64,000 nucleotides of DNA. Source: Alphaproteobacteria bacterium. GTDB lineage: Bacteria; Pseudomonadota; Alphaproteobacteria; GM7ARS4; G965262615. Shown here piece after piece: positions 1 through 9,480 of the stretch. The position numbers and the translations under genes were made by a program. How positions within the stretch are numbered: the stretch's first letter is position 1; each line of letters opens with the position of its first letter. Under the pieces are notes generated by a model, which saw only the letters and a list, made by a program, of their open reading frames with translations, was not told the origin of the DNA and made no database searches. The stretch spans positions 96,001 through 160,000 of the forward strand of contig OZ253545.1 of assembly GCA_965262615.1 (NCBI GenBank), in the 5' to 3' direction.

Positions 1-2026
1 CGTGTCCCTCAGCAAGGGGTAAATAATCATGCCCGCGCCAGTAGCGATACAAAAAGCGCGCCATTTCAATCACCATCACCCACATCAGAGCGGCAAAAAA
101 CAGCGTGATGGCGGCATTGAGATAGTTATTAAAAATGCGCCGTGAGACATCACCCACAGCGGCGGCGGCAATCAGACCGCTATCCAGTTGTGCTTGCAGA
201 TGGGAGGCTTGGGCGAGAAAGCCGATGCGAATATCCTCATGGGCGATTTTATGCCATGCGGCGGTGGTGGTGACAATCAGCATCCACACAAGAGGAAGGG
301 CGGTCGTCCAGACATAGCGTCCCTTGCCAGATTTGACGATGACGCTCGTGCCCACGCACAAGGCAATCACACCCAACATTTGATTGGATATGCCAAACAG
401 CGGCCATAGGCTGTTGATTCCTCCCAAAGGATCAATTGTTCCCATATAGAGAAAATACCCCCACGCCGCACAAAAGACGGCACTGGCAATGATGGTGCTT
501 TGGACGGAACTGGTTTTGCGCAAAGCAGGCACGAAGGGACCCAAGGCATCTTGGAGGAGAAATCGTCCCACGCGCGTGCCGGCATCCAATGCGGTGAGAA
601 TGAACAAAGCTTCAAACATGATGGCAAAATGATACCACATGGCAATCCACTGCTCGGATGTGGCTTTGGAGAACAAACTTGCCATGCCCACCGCCAAGGA
701 TGGTGCGCCGCCCGTGCGTGCCAACAAAGTCCCTTCACCCATTTGGCTTGCAAGATTCTGCATCTGTTCAGGGGTCACCACAAATCCCCATGAAGAGATG
801 GTGGCGGTGGCTTCCTGCAAAGAAGCTCCCACGATTCCTGCGGGGCTATTGATGGCAAAAAAGACCCCCGGCTCCAGCACACACGCGGCAATCATTGCCA
901 TGATGGCAACGCCCATTTCCACCGTCATGGCACCATAGCCGATGAAGCGCGCGTCCTTTTCATCGGCAAGCAATTTGGATGTGGTGCCCGAACACACCAA
1001 TGCGTGAAAGCCCGATATCGCTCCACACGCAATGGTGATAAAAACAAAAGGAAACACCGCACCCGCAAAGATGGGCCCCGTGCCATCAATGAAGGATGTG
1101 AGTGCGGGCATTTTCATGTCAGGGCGAATGATGACAATGGCGATGGCGAGCAGAAACACAGTGCCTAATTTCATAAAGCTGGAGAGATAGTCTCGCGGCG
1201 CAAGAAGCATCCACACGGGGATGGCGGATGCGGCAAAGCCGTAAAGAATAAGCAAGAGGGCAAGGCTCTCGCCACCGAAATCAAACCACTGCCGCCACAC
1301 AGGATGGGCATCCACCATGCCGCCCGCCGCCACCGATAGCATCAACAACGACACGCCAATGAGAGTGCCCTCCAGAATACGCCCCGGGCGAATGGAGCGC
1401 ATATAAAACCCAATGAGAATGGCGATGGGAATGGTGGCAAAGACGGTGGCAGTCGCCCATGGGCTATGCTTCATGGCATTGACCACCACCAATCCCAACA
1501 CGGCGATGAGAATCACCATGATGGCAAGCACCCCCACCATGGCGGCACTGCCGGCGGTGCGTCCCAATTCGTCGCGCGCCATCGTCCCAAGACTGCGACC
1601 ATTGCGTCTCAAAGAACATGTGAGAATGACCAAGTCCTGCACGCATCCGCCCAATACCGCGCCCACCAAAATCCATAATGTCCCCGGCAGATAGCCAAAT
1701 TGTGCCGCAAGGGTGGGACCAATGAGAGGACCTGGGCCCGCAATGGCGGCAAAGTGATGTCCAAACACAATCCAGCGATTGGTGGGAACAAAGTCACGCC
1801 CATTGTTCAAACGCACGGCGGGCGTGGTGCGAGATGAATCCAGTGCCAGAACGCGCGCCGCCAAAAATGCACTGTAAAAACGATACGCCAGCAATCCCAC
1901 ACACAAAGCGGCGGTCAAAAACCACACGCTGTTGATGGTCTCGCCGCGATGAAGGGCAATGGTCGCCACCGATGTCGCTCCCACCACCGCCACCAGTCCC
2001 CATGAAATCATGCGGGCAAGGGTCAT
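1..2026 (-). CDS. cstA: Carbon starvation protein A family transporter (runs off the window edge, 3' part missing)
   Basis: Manual minus-strand translation from ATG at 2026: MTLARMISWGLVAVV...TPAVRLNNGRDFVPTNRWIVFGHHFAAIAGPGPLIGPTLAAQFGYLPG, which contains the CstA signature. Missing from the ORF track, presumably because its stop lies outside the window. Confidence 0.92.
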   Translation of the reverse strand, partial: MTLARMISWGLVAVVGATSVATIALHRGETINSVWFLTAALCVGLLAYRFYSAFLAARVLALDSSRTTPAVRLNNGRDFVPTNRWIVFGHHFAAIAGPGPLIGPTLAAQFGYLPGTLWILVGAVLGGCVQDLVILTCSLRRNGRSLGTMARDELGRTAGSAAMVGVLAIMVILIAVLGLVVVNAMKHSPWATATVFATIPIAILIGFYMRSIRPGRILEGTLIGVSLLMLSVAAGGMVDAHPVWRQWFDFGGESLALLLILYGFAASAIPVWMLLAPRDYLSSFMKLGTVFLLAIAIVIIRPDMKMPALTSFIDGTGPIFAGAVFPFVFITIACGAISGFHALVCSGTTSKLLADEKDARFIGYGAMTVEMGVAIMAMIAACVLEPGVFFAINSPAGIVGASLQEATATISSWGFVVTPEQMQNLASQMGEGTLLARTGGAPSLAVGMASLFSKATSEQWIAMWYHFAIMFEALFILTALDAGTRVGRFLLQDALGPFVPALRKTSSVQSTIIASAVFCAAWGYFLYMGTIDPLGGINSLWPLFGISNQMLGVIALCVGTSVIVKSGKGRYVWTTALPLVWMLIVTTTAAWHKIAHEDIRIGFLAQASHLQAQLDSGLIAAAAVGDVSRRIFNNYLNAAITLFFAALMWVMVIEMARFLYRYWRGHDYLPLAEGH

Positions 2027-2220
2027 GACTAAAAAATGTCTCCCGAGTCACGAAAACGGCGCGCAGCGCGCACACGATACAAGCGAGAACGCCGCACATT
2101 ATTGCCCGTTATATCCTCGCCAAAAACGCCCTTGACAAAGAGTCGCCAAATCTGTGCTATTGTGATGATCGCGCGAAGCATACCATCATCATGCCGCACG
2201 CTCATTGGAAAATCAATCTC

Positions 2221-2973
2221 ATGAATTCAGGCAAATTATCACTGGCGGGCAAAAAAGCTTTGATTACGGGGGCGAGTGGCGGCATCGGCTCGGCTATGAG
2301 CGATGCTTTTGTGGCGGCAGGGGCGGTGGTCACCTTGCACGGCAGACGCACCGACGCATTGCAAAAACTCAAAGACAATTATGGCGACAAGTGTCATACC
2401 ATTGCCTGTGAGCTGACCGACAGTGACAGTGCCACATCACTGGTGACGCAAAGTATCTCTCACTGGGATGGCTTGGATATTGTGGTGAGCAATGCCGGCG
2501 TGACGCGCGATCAATTGCTGCTGCGTCTGAAGGATGAGGCATGGCTTGAGGTTCTTGCGGTGAATTTGACGGTGGCGATGGCACTCACGCGCGCGGCACT
2601 GCCGGTCATGACCAAACAACGCTGGGGACGCGTCATCATGATGAGTTCTGTGGTGGCGGCAATGGGCAATGGCGGACAGAGTGCGTATGCCTCTGCCAAA
2701 GCGGGCATGGGCGGCTTGGTGCGGTCGGTGGCACAAGAGGTGGGCAAGCGCGGCGTCACCGTCAATGCCATCGCCCCCGGATTCATTGACACCCCCATGA
2801 CCCAGTCATTGCCCGATGCCGTCAAAGAGACCTACAAAAACGCCATTCCTTTAGGATGCTTTGGCGAACCTGATGATGTCGCCGCCGCTGCGCTCTATCT
2901 GGCTGGCGACAGCGGACGCTACATCACGGGACAAACGCTTCACATCAATGGCGGCTTGTGGATGGGTTCATAA
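2221..2973 (+). CDS. fabG: 3-oxoacyl-ACP reductase
   Basis: SDR motifs TGASGGIG, SNAGVTRD, YASAK; lies upstream of acpP and fabF. Confidence 0.95.
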   Translation: MNSGKLSLAGKKALITGASGGIGSAMSDAFVAAGAVVTLHGRRTDALQKLKDNYGDKCHTIACELTDSDSATSLVTQSISHWDGLDIVVSNAGVTRDQLLLRLKDEAWLEVLAVNLTVAMALTRAALPVMTKQRWGRVIMMSSVVAAMGNGGQSAYASAKAGMGGLVRSVAQEVGKRGVTVNAIAPGFIDTPMTQSLPDAVKETYKNAIPLGCFGEPDDVAAAALYLAGDSGRYITGQTLHINGGLWMGS

Positions 2974-3038
2974 AGCTCTTGAGTTAGACTCGCTTATGTA
3001 TTATGGCATAGTCATCAATCAATTCTGAATGGAGACGA

Positions 3039-3278
3039 ATGATGAGCAAAAATGCTGAACGAGTGAAAAAAATCATTGCCGACCATCTGAGCATAGAGGA
3101 GAGCAAGGTGACGGACGCTGCCAATTTCATTGATGATTTGGGCGCAGACAGTTTGGATACGGTGGAGCTGGTGATGGCTTTTGAAGAAGAATTCGGCTGC
3201 GAAATTCCTGATGATGCCGCCGAGAAGATTTTGACCGTCAAAGATGCGATTGCTTACATTGATAAGCACGGCTCTTGA
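3039..3278 (+). CDS. acpP: Acyl carrier protein
   Basis: [20 protein letters not shown] phosphopantetheine motif. Confidence 0.97.
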   Translation: MMSKNAERVKKIIADHLSIEESKVTDAANFIDDLGADSLDTVELVMAFEEEFGCEIPDDAAEKILTVKDAIAYIDKHGS

Positions 3279-3287
3279 TGGTTTTTA

Positions 3288-4577
3288 ATGGAACGGGTTG
3301 TCGTCACGGGACTGGGAATGCTGACGCCACTGGGCTGTGGCGTGGCTTCGTCATGGCGCTGTCTTATTGAGGGCAAGTCTGGCATTGGCAAGGTCACGCT
3401 TTTTGATGCCAGCGATCATCTCTCCAAAGTGGCGGGCGAGATTCCCCGTTCTGATGGTCAGATGGTGGGGGGGGAGGACGATGTTCTTGTCATGGATGAT
3501 CATCTCACGCCGCGCGAACAAAGGCGTGTTGACGAATTCATCGCCTATGCCATGATCGCCGCCCGCCAAGCTCTGCAAGACAGTGGATGGGATGGTGTCT
3601 TGCAAAAAGATGAGGTGGCACAAAAACGCACAGGCGTGCTGATTGGCTCCGGCATCGGCGGACTGGACACCATTGCCCGCAACGCGCTCATTCTTGACAA
3701 ACAAGGAACAAGACGCATATCGCCGCTTTTTATTCCCTCGTGCTTGATTAATTTGGCATCCGGCAATGTGGCAATTGAGCATAACATTCGCGGCCCCAAT
3801 CACTCGGTGGTGACGGCGTGCTCTACCGGCGCCCATGCCATTGGCGATGCCATGCAGATGATTCGGCTCGGCAAGGCGGATGTGATGGTCGCGGGAGGCG
3901 CAGAAAATGCCATTTGTTCTCTGAGCTTTGCCGGCTTTGATGCCTTGCGAGCATTGTCATCCAAATTTAATGACACCCCCACCCAAGCATCCCGTCCGTG
4001 GGATGAACGGCGCGATGGCTTTGTCATGGGCGAAGGGGCGGGAGTCATGGTGCTTGAATCCCTTGACCACGCCCGCAAGAGAGGCGCGCCCATCCATGGA
4101 GAGGTGGTGGGATATGGAATGTCAGGGGACGCTCATCATGTCACCGCGCCTCTTGAAGATGGCGGCGGCGCACACGATGCCATGCGTGCCGCTCTTGATG
4201 ATGCCGAGCTCAATGCCGATGATATTGATTACATCAATGCCCATGGCACATCCACCCCTTTGGGGGATGAGGCGGAAATTCATGCGGTCAAACAATTGTT
4301 TGGCAACCATGCGTCTCGGCTTGCCATGTCATCCACAAAGTCTGCCATCGGACATTTGTTGGGCGCGGCGGGCAGTGTGGAGGCAATCTTTTCGTTGCTT
4401 GCCATGCGCGATCAAACAATCCCGCCCACTCTCAATTTAGACACACCCTCTGCCTGCTGTGACGGCATTGAGCTTGTGCCGCATGAATCTCAGCGGCGCA
4501 AGTGTCGCACTGTGCTGTCCAATTCCTTTGGGTTTGGCGGCACCAACGCCTCTTTGATTTTTGCCCATGCGCCATAG
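3288..4577 (+). CDS. fabF: Beta-ketoacyl-ACP synthase II
   Basis: TACSTG, NAHGTST, GHLLGAAG and SNSFGFGGTN motifs. Confidence 0.97.
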   Translation: MERVVVTGLGMLTPLGCGVASSWRCLIEGKSGIGKVTLFDASDHLSKVAGEIPRSDGQMVGGEDDVLVMDDHLTPREQRRVDEFIAYAMIAARQALQDSGWDGVLQKDEVAQKRTGVLIGSGIGGLDTIARNALILDKQGTRRISPLFIPSCLINLASGNVAIEHNIRGPNHSVVTACSTGAHAIGDAMQMIRLGKADVMVAGGAENAICSLSFAGFDALRALSSKFNDTPTQASRPWDERRDGFVMGEGAGVMVLESLDHARKRGAPIHGEVVGYGMSGDAHHVTAPLEDGGGAHDAMRAALDDAELNADDIDYINAHGTSTPLGDEAEIHAVKQLFGNHASRLAMSSTKSAIGHLLGAAGSVEAIFSLLAMRDQTIPPTLNLDTPSACCDGIELVPHESQRRKCRTVLSNSFGFGGTNASLIFAHAP

Positions 4578-5676
4578 TGGTGCACAAGCCGCCATCAGTG
4601 TTACTCTCGTTTTATGGGTGGTTGCCACCGCCCATGTCACCCATTATGTCATGACTTTTTTGCAAGCCAGCTCGCACACGCAATCTGTGTTGGTCACCAT
4701 TGAAAAAGGCTATGGCGCAAACAAAACCGCGTGGACTCTCAAGCGAGCCGGCGTGATTGATGACGCTATTTTATTTCGCACCATGGTGGTGGCACTGAGA
4801 GCAACGGGATCATTGAAGGCGGGACGCTACACCATCCCCGCTCATGCCAGCCCACTGATGATTTTGCAACAAATCATCAAAGGCAAAGCGGAACTGCTCC
4901 GAGTCACCATTCCCGAAGGCATCACTCTTGCCGAGGCTCTTGCCATCATTCGTGCCGCCCCTGCGCTGACGGGGGAAATTACAATTCCTCTCGCGGAGGG
5001 AATGTTGCTACCCGAGACTTATTTCTACAGTGAAGGCAAAAGCCGCAATGCCCTCATCACCCACATGGGAGACGAAGCGAGCCGCATCCTGCAAGAGGCA
5101 TGGCAAAACCGAGCCCCCAACCTGCCGTTGCGTAATCCGCAAGAGGTGATGGTGCTGGCTTCCATCGTGGAAAAAGAGACATCCCTTGACTATGAAAGAC
5201 GCCTGGTCGCGGGCGTGTTTATTCATCGCTTGCGGAAAAAAATGAAGCTGCAGTCCGATCCCACCGTGATCTATGGCATCACACTGGGCAGAAGTTCATC
5301 GTTGAATCGTCCCATTCGCATGAGCGATCTCAAGAAAAAAACGGCGTGGAACACCTATGTGATTGACAGCCTGCCTCCAACGCCCATTTGTTTGCCGGGG
5401 CGCGCCTCCATTGAGGCGGTGACGCAACCCGAGGAAACCGATTTGTTGTATTTTGTCGCCGATGGACGCGGCGGTCATATTTTTGCCGCCACCCTTGAAG
5501 AGCATGAACGCAATGTCAAAAAATGGCGCAGTGTGGAACAACGGCGCAAAGAGGAAAAACGAATCGCCACCATCAAAAGCGACCTCAAAGGACTTCTCAA
5601 ACCGCGCCCGTGGCGACCGCAAAAAAAACAGCCACCACAGCCCTCATCACCCAGCCTTAATCTTTTCGCCCCATGA
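4567..5676 (+). CDS. mltG: Endolytic transglycosylase MltG
   Basis: LASIVEKET, LQSDPTVIYG, WNTYVIDSLPPTPI, LYFVADG; conserved position after fabF. Confidence 0.93.
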   Translation: MRHSGAQAAISVTLVLWVVATAHVTHYVMTFLQASSHTQSVLVTIEKGYGANKTAWTLKRAGVIDDAILFRTMVVALRATGSLKAGRYTIPAHASPLMILQQIIKGKAELLRVTIPEGITLAEALAIIRAAPALTGEITIPLAEGMLLPETYFYSEGKSRNALITHMGDEASRILQEAWQNRAPNLPLRNPQEVMVLASIVEKETSLDYERRLVAGVFIHRLRKKMKLQSDPTVIYGITLGRSSSLNRPIRMSDLKKKTAWNTYVIDSLPPTPICLPGRASIEAVTQPEETDLLYFVADGRGGHIFAATLEEHERNVKKWRSVEQRRKEEKRIATIKSDLKGLLKPRPWRPQKKQPPQPSSPSLNLFAP

Positions 5677-6308
5677 CCATTCCTGCGATACAGAAAAAAA
5701 ATGGTTTTCTGTTGGTGGTCTCGTCTCCATCGGGTGCCGGCAAAACATCCTTGACGCGCGCCCTGACTGAACGCAATTCCGCTCTGCGCCTCTCCATTTC
5801 GGTCACCACGCGCCCGCCGCGCCCCGATGAACGCGATGGACGGGACTATCACTTTGTCTCATCAAAACAGATGCAACAGCTGCACCATGACAATGCCCTG
5901 CTGGAGCATGCGAAAGTGTTCGGTTATCACTACGGCACGCTCAAAGAACCCATCATGCAAGCCATTGAAAAAGGAGATATTATGGTATGCGACATTGATT
6001 GGCAGGGGGCGCAGTCACTACGGCGCGCTCTTGGACAGCAACAGGTGAGCGTCTTCATTATGCCGCCCTCTCTTGATGTTCTCAAACAGCGACTCCACAC
6101 TCGCGCCCAAGATGAAGAAAAAGTTCTCAAAGAACGCTTCGCCGCCGCCCAACAAGACATCGCTCACTGGCACAACTACGATTACACACTCATCAATGAT
6201 GATTTTGCTCGCGCTCTGGAACAGCTGCAGGCAATTATTCAGGCAGAATTTCTCAAGACGGCACGGATTCCGCCATTACCCGCACCAAGCGACACAAAGT
6301 CTCTATAG
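5673..6308 (+). CDS. gmk: Guanylate kinase
   Basis: SPSGAGKT P-loop, SVTTRPPR, DIDWQG. Confidence 0.96.
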   Translation: MTIPAIQKKNGFLLVVSSPSGAGKTSLTRALTERNSALRLSISVTTRPPRPDERDGRDYHFVSSKQMQQLHHDNALLEHAKVFGYHYGTLKEPIMQAIEKGDIMVCDIDWQGAQSLRRALGQQQVSVFIMPPSLDVLKQRLHTRAQDEEKVLKERFAAAQQDIAHWHNYDYTLINDDFARALEQLQAIIQAEFLKTARIPPLPAPSDTKSL

Positions 6309-7059
6309 ACAGCTGTTCGGGGCGACAATGTCCGTCAATGTCGGCTTGTGCCAGCACATCATGGATGTTCATGTCACCATCAAAGTCCTTGAGACTATTG
6401 TGCACCATCTTGCGCCTTTGACTGAACAAATGACGCAAAACATCACCCAACAAGGCATCCTCGTCTGATGAGAGAGAAGCGGCGCGCGGTGTCATGGTGA
6501 GCAGGCGAGACTTCACCTGAGGCGGCGGATGAAACGCGGCGCGTCCGATGGAACGCAACAACACAATATGCCACGCCAGCTGTGCCATCACGGAAACTCG
6601 TCCATAGTGTTTATTGCCTTCGCGCGCCACCAAACGCTGAGCGATTTCCTCTTGCACCACAAAAGTCAAACGCGCACACCCATAATGACGAAAGCGCATC
6701 ATGAGCGGCACCGCAATGTGATAGGGCAGATTGCCCACCACCGCCACAGGACGATGGCATGTCACATCATCCAAAGGAATTGTCAGGGCATCCTCAATCA
6801 TGACCGTCAAACGCTCATCTCTCAACGCCATAAGCACACTCTTCATGCGTTTGTCATATTCAATGGCAATCAATTGTCTCAGCGGATGCGCGAGCAGAGC
6901 CTTGGTGAGAGCTCCAGACCCCGCGCCCAGTTCAATCACGGATGGTTCGTTCAAGCCCTCCAGTGCGTGGCGAGCAATCAATTGATTAAGGCGCGGCTCT
7001 AACAAAAAATGCTGCCCGTATGATTTTTTAGCAGCGGGAAATGTCATGCCAGCCCTCAT
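6253..7059 (-). CDS. rsmA: 16S rRNA adenine dimethyltransferase RsmA/KsgA
   Basis: KKSYGQHFL, ELGAGSG, GNLPY; follows pdxA. Confidence 0.94.
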   Translation of the reverse strand: MRAGMTFPAAKKSYGQHFLLEPRLNQLIARHALEGLNEPSVIELGAGSGALTKALLAHPLRQLIAIEYDKRMKSVLMALRDERLTVMIEDALTIPLDDVTCHRPVAVVGNLPYHIAVPLMMRFRHYGCARLTFVVQEEIAQRLVAREGNKHYGRVSVMAQLAWHIVLLRSIGRAAFHPPPQVKSRLLTMTPRAASLSSDEDALLGDVLRHLFSQRRKMVHNSLKDFDGDMNIHDVLAQADIDGHCRPEQLSIETLCRLVRVMAESVPS

Positions 7060-7196
7060 GCCAGCCCTCTACTCTGTGCCAACCGATACCCCATGCCCAT
7101 AGCGGCACACAAACTGGCATCACGAAATGTCATGCCAGCCCTCTGCTCTGTGCCAGCCGATGTCCCATGCCCATGGCGGCACACAAACTGGAATCG
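7038..7196. repeat. Tandem duplication of the pdxA 3' end / rsmA start junction
   Basis: GAAATGTCATGCCAGCCCTC...CCCATGCCCAT(A/G)GCGGCACACAAACTGG occurs at about 7038-7120 and 7124-7196 with a few mismatches; the left copy also has an extra 12-bp duplication. Confidence 0.9.
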
Positions 7197-8131
7197 CTCA
7201 CCATTCCCTCTCGCACCAGTGAAAACGCCGTGCCGTGAGCAGGCGAACAGCGCACGATGGGCAAGCCCAAAGTCACATTGACACCATCATCAAAAGACAA
7301 TGCCTTGAACGGAATCAAAGCCTGATCATGATACATGCAAACAATTCCATCATACTTTTGTAATGAAGACGGACGAAAAAAACTATCGGCAGAAAACACA
7401 CCCTCACAATCAATCCCCGCCTCCTGCACTCGGTGCAATGCTGGCTCAATGATGTCAATCTCTTCACTGCCCAGCAGGCCGTCTTCACCGGCATGAGGAT
7501 TAAGCCCTGTCATGGCAAGGCGCGGTGACTCTATGGCAAAATCATCCCGCAATGACCGATGAACCGTCGCGACACAATTCACAATTGATTCGGTTGTCAG
7601 TGAATCAATGGCATGACGCAATGAGCAATGGGTGGTCACCGTCACCACCCGCAACACATCAGAGGCGAGCATCATCACCTCGCCGCCCGCGCAATTGAGG
7701 GAGCGCGCAAGATAGTCGGTGTGTCCCATCGCTCCCCACTGGGTGCTGTGCAGTGCCTGTTTGTCAATGGGCAGTGTGATCAATGCCGCCGCTTGTTTGC
7801 CACGCACAAAATCCAATGCCATATCAATGCTGCACCGCACCGCCTCTTGTTGCGATGGGTGAGGTTTTCCCATCGCATCCACATGAGGCAGTGGGCGCGG
7901 CAGACAAATCACGGGCAGCCCATCAGGAATGCAAGATGCCGCCTCACGCGGCGAGGCTATGGATATGATGGGAACGGAGATATCATAATAGGCTGCGCGC
8001 TGGCGGTAGAGCTCCTCGTCCCCCACCACGCAAAAAACGGGAAGTGTCTCTCGCCGTTGCCATGCTCGCAGTGTCAGCAACGGAGACACACTGGCGGGGT
8101 CTCCCATGCTCAAAACCAGAGGCAAACTCAC
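7130..8131 (-). CDS. pdxA: 4-hydroxythreonine-4-phosphate dehydrogenase
   Basis: MGDPA, GHTDYL, GLNPHAGE, MYHDQALIP, SPAHGTAF. Confidence 0.95.
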   Translation of the reverse strand: MSLPLVLSMGDPASVSPLLTLRAWQRRETLPVFCVVGDEELYRQRAAYYDISVPIISIASPREAASCIPDGLPVICLPRPLPHVDAMGKPHPSQQEAVRCSIDMALDFVRGKQAAALITLPIDKQALHSTQWGAMGHTDYLARSLNCAGGEVMMLASDVLRVVTVTTHCSLRHAIDSLTTESIVNCVATVHRSLRDDFAIESPRLAMTGLNPHAGEDGLLGSEEIDIIEPALHRVQEAGIDCEGVFSADSFFRPSSLQKYDGIVCMYHDQALIPFKALSFDDGVNVTLGLPIVRCSPAHGTAFSLVREGMVSDSSLCAAMGMGHRLAQSRGLA

Positions 8132-9480
8132 AAGCCCAGCGACTCATCTTTGATGTCAATATAGGCACTGCTCCACAAATCCTGACTGTAACGGTCTGCC
8201 AACTGCTGCAAGCGTTGCTGAAAAAGACCGTTGCGGATGAACTCCCTGCTGGGAAATTCCACATAATTCACGCCTCGCTGACACACCTGAATGAAAAATG
8301 TCCCGTCGTCATCGCGCAGCGCAGGCGTCACCTCACCCGTCATCGTCTGCAGCAAAATCCCCTGCAAGCCTTGAACAATATCCCCCTCATTGAATGAACC
8401 AAAATCCTCCACCATCAAAGGAACAGCTTCTTCGGTAAAAAATGATGTGACCTCAGACGCCTTCTTGTCACAAAATCGGTCGGTCAGGAGCAATTTCTGC
8501 AAGACCGCCACCGCCTCAGCGTATTCATCATCATCCAACATGCGTTCCTGCTCATTCACGACAAATCGCCGTAACGCAATGGTGCGTTTGGTTTCCTCGC
8601 TAAACATCCGCTTATCACGCAAGTAATACAGATGCACCCCATCGGTGGTGACGATGGGTTCAGAGATTTCCCCAATCTTCAATTGGGCAATTTGATAGCG
8701 CGCCTCATGAGGCAATGACTCAATCAATGTCCATCCCAAATGCCCGCCCACCGAGCCAGACGGCAGGTTAGAATGACGAATCACTCCATTGACAAAATTG
8801 CCAAAAATCTGCGGCGTGGAGAGCATCTCTGCCCGTAACCTGCGCATCCGCTGATAGGCCTCATTGTGATCCCTGCCCTCATGAGGCAAAAACAATTCAT
8901 GCAAGGCGTAGTTGTGTTTATCTCGCAAATATTCAAATCGTTCCAGTTCGTCATCCACATCCTGCTCTGAAATGAACACATCCCGTGCCAGTTTATAACG
9001 GACGAGATTGTCCCAATACAAATCGGCACGGATGCGACTGAGCACGGATTCCACCGGCATTCCCTTGTCACTCATAAATTCTCTAAATCCGCCTTCGGCG
9101 ACTCCATTTTGCCTTTCAATATTGCGCAACGCCTCCTCAATGCTGGATTGGGTTGGATGCAATCGCTGCCGCGCTCCCTCTTGTTCCTTGAGGACATCCA
9201 AAATGAGTTGATTCAACACCCGCGCGCGTGCCTGACGGCGTTGCGTGTCGTCATCGGTGCCGCCTTCCGATAGCAGCGTCATGGTGATGGCACTCTCCAG
9301 CTGACGGGCGGTGATGGGCGTTCCATCGACAATCGCGACGATGCTATCGTGCTGCCGCTCTTGGGCGCGCCCAACGGATGTCTGCCACAGACACAGCATC
9401 ACCAATGCGACCAAAATTCGCCTCATGCTGAGAGATAGAGCCTCGCCCATCACAAAACAACCACTAGAATTCATCCCCAC
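8128..9480 (-). CDS. surA: SurA-like periplasmic chaperone / PPIase
   Basis: Signal peptide, IVAIVDG..IT SurA N-domain, GGHLGW and GEISEPI rotamase motifs; lies between lptD and pdxA. Confidence 0.85.
   Translation of the reverse strand: MGMNSSGCFVMGEALSLSMRRILVALVMLCLWQTSVGRAQERQHDSIVAIVDGTPITARQLESAITMTLLSEGGTDDDTQRRQARARVLNQLILDVLKEQEGARQRLHPTQSSIEEALRNIERQNGVAEGGFREFMSDKGMPVESVLSRIRADLYWDNLVRYKLARDVFISEQDVDDELERFEYLRDKHNYALHELFLPHEGRDHNEAYQRMRRLRAEMLSTPQIFGNFVNGVIRHSNLPSGSVGGHLGWTLIESLPHEARYQIAQLKIGEISEPIVTTDGVHLYYLRDKRMFSEETKRTIALRRFVVNEQERMLDDDEYAEAVAVLQKLLLTDRFCDKKASEVTSFFTEEAVPLMVEDFGSFNEGDIVQGLQGILLQTMTGEVTPALRDDDGTFFIQVCQRGVNYVEFPSREFIRNGLFQQRLQQLADRYSQDLWSSAYIDIKDESLGL

Noticed and set aside
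135-2099. Many short ORFs in the ORF track
   Set aside because: They are shadow frames of the edge-truncated cstA gene on the minus strand.
2027-5676. Absence of fabD before fabG and of yicC before gmk
   Set aside because: They could lie elsewhere in the genome; loss cannot be inferred from one window.
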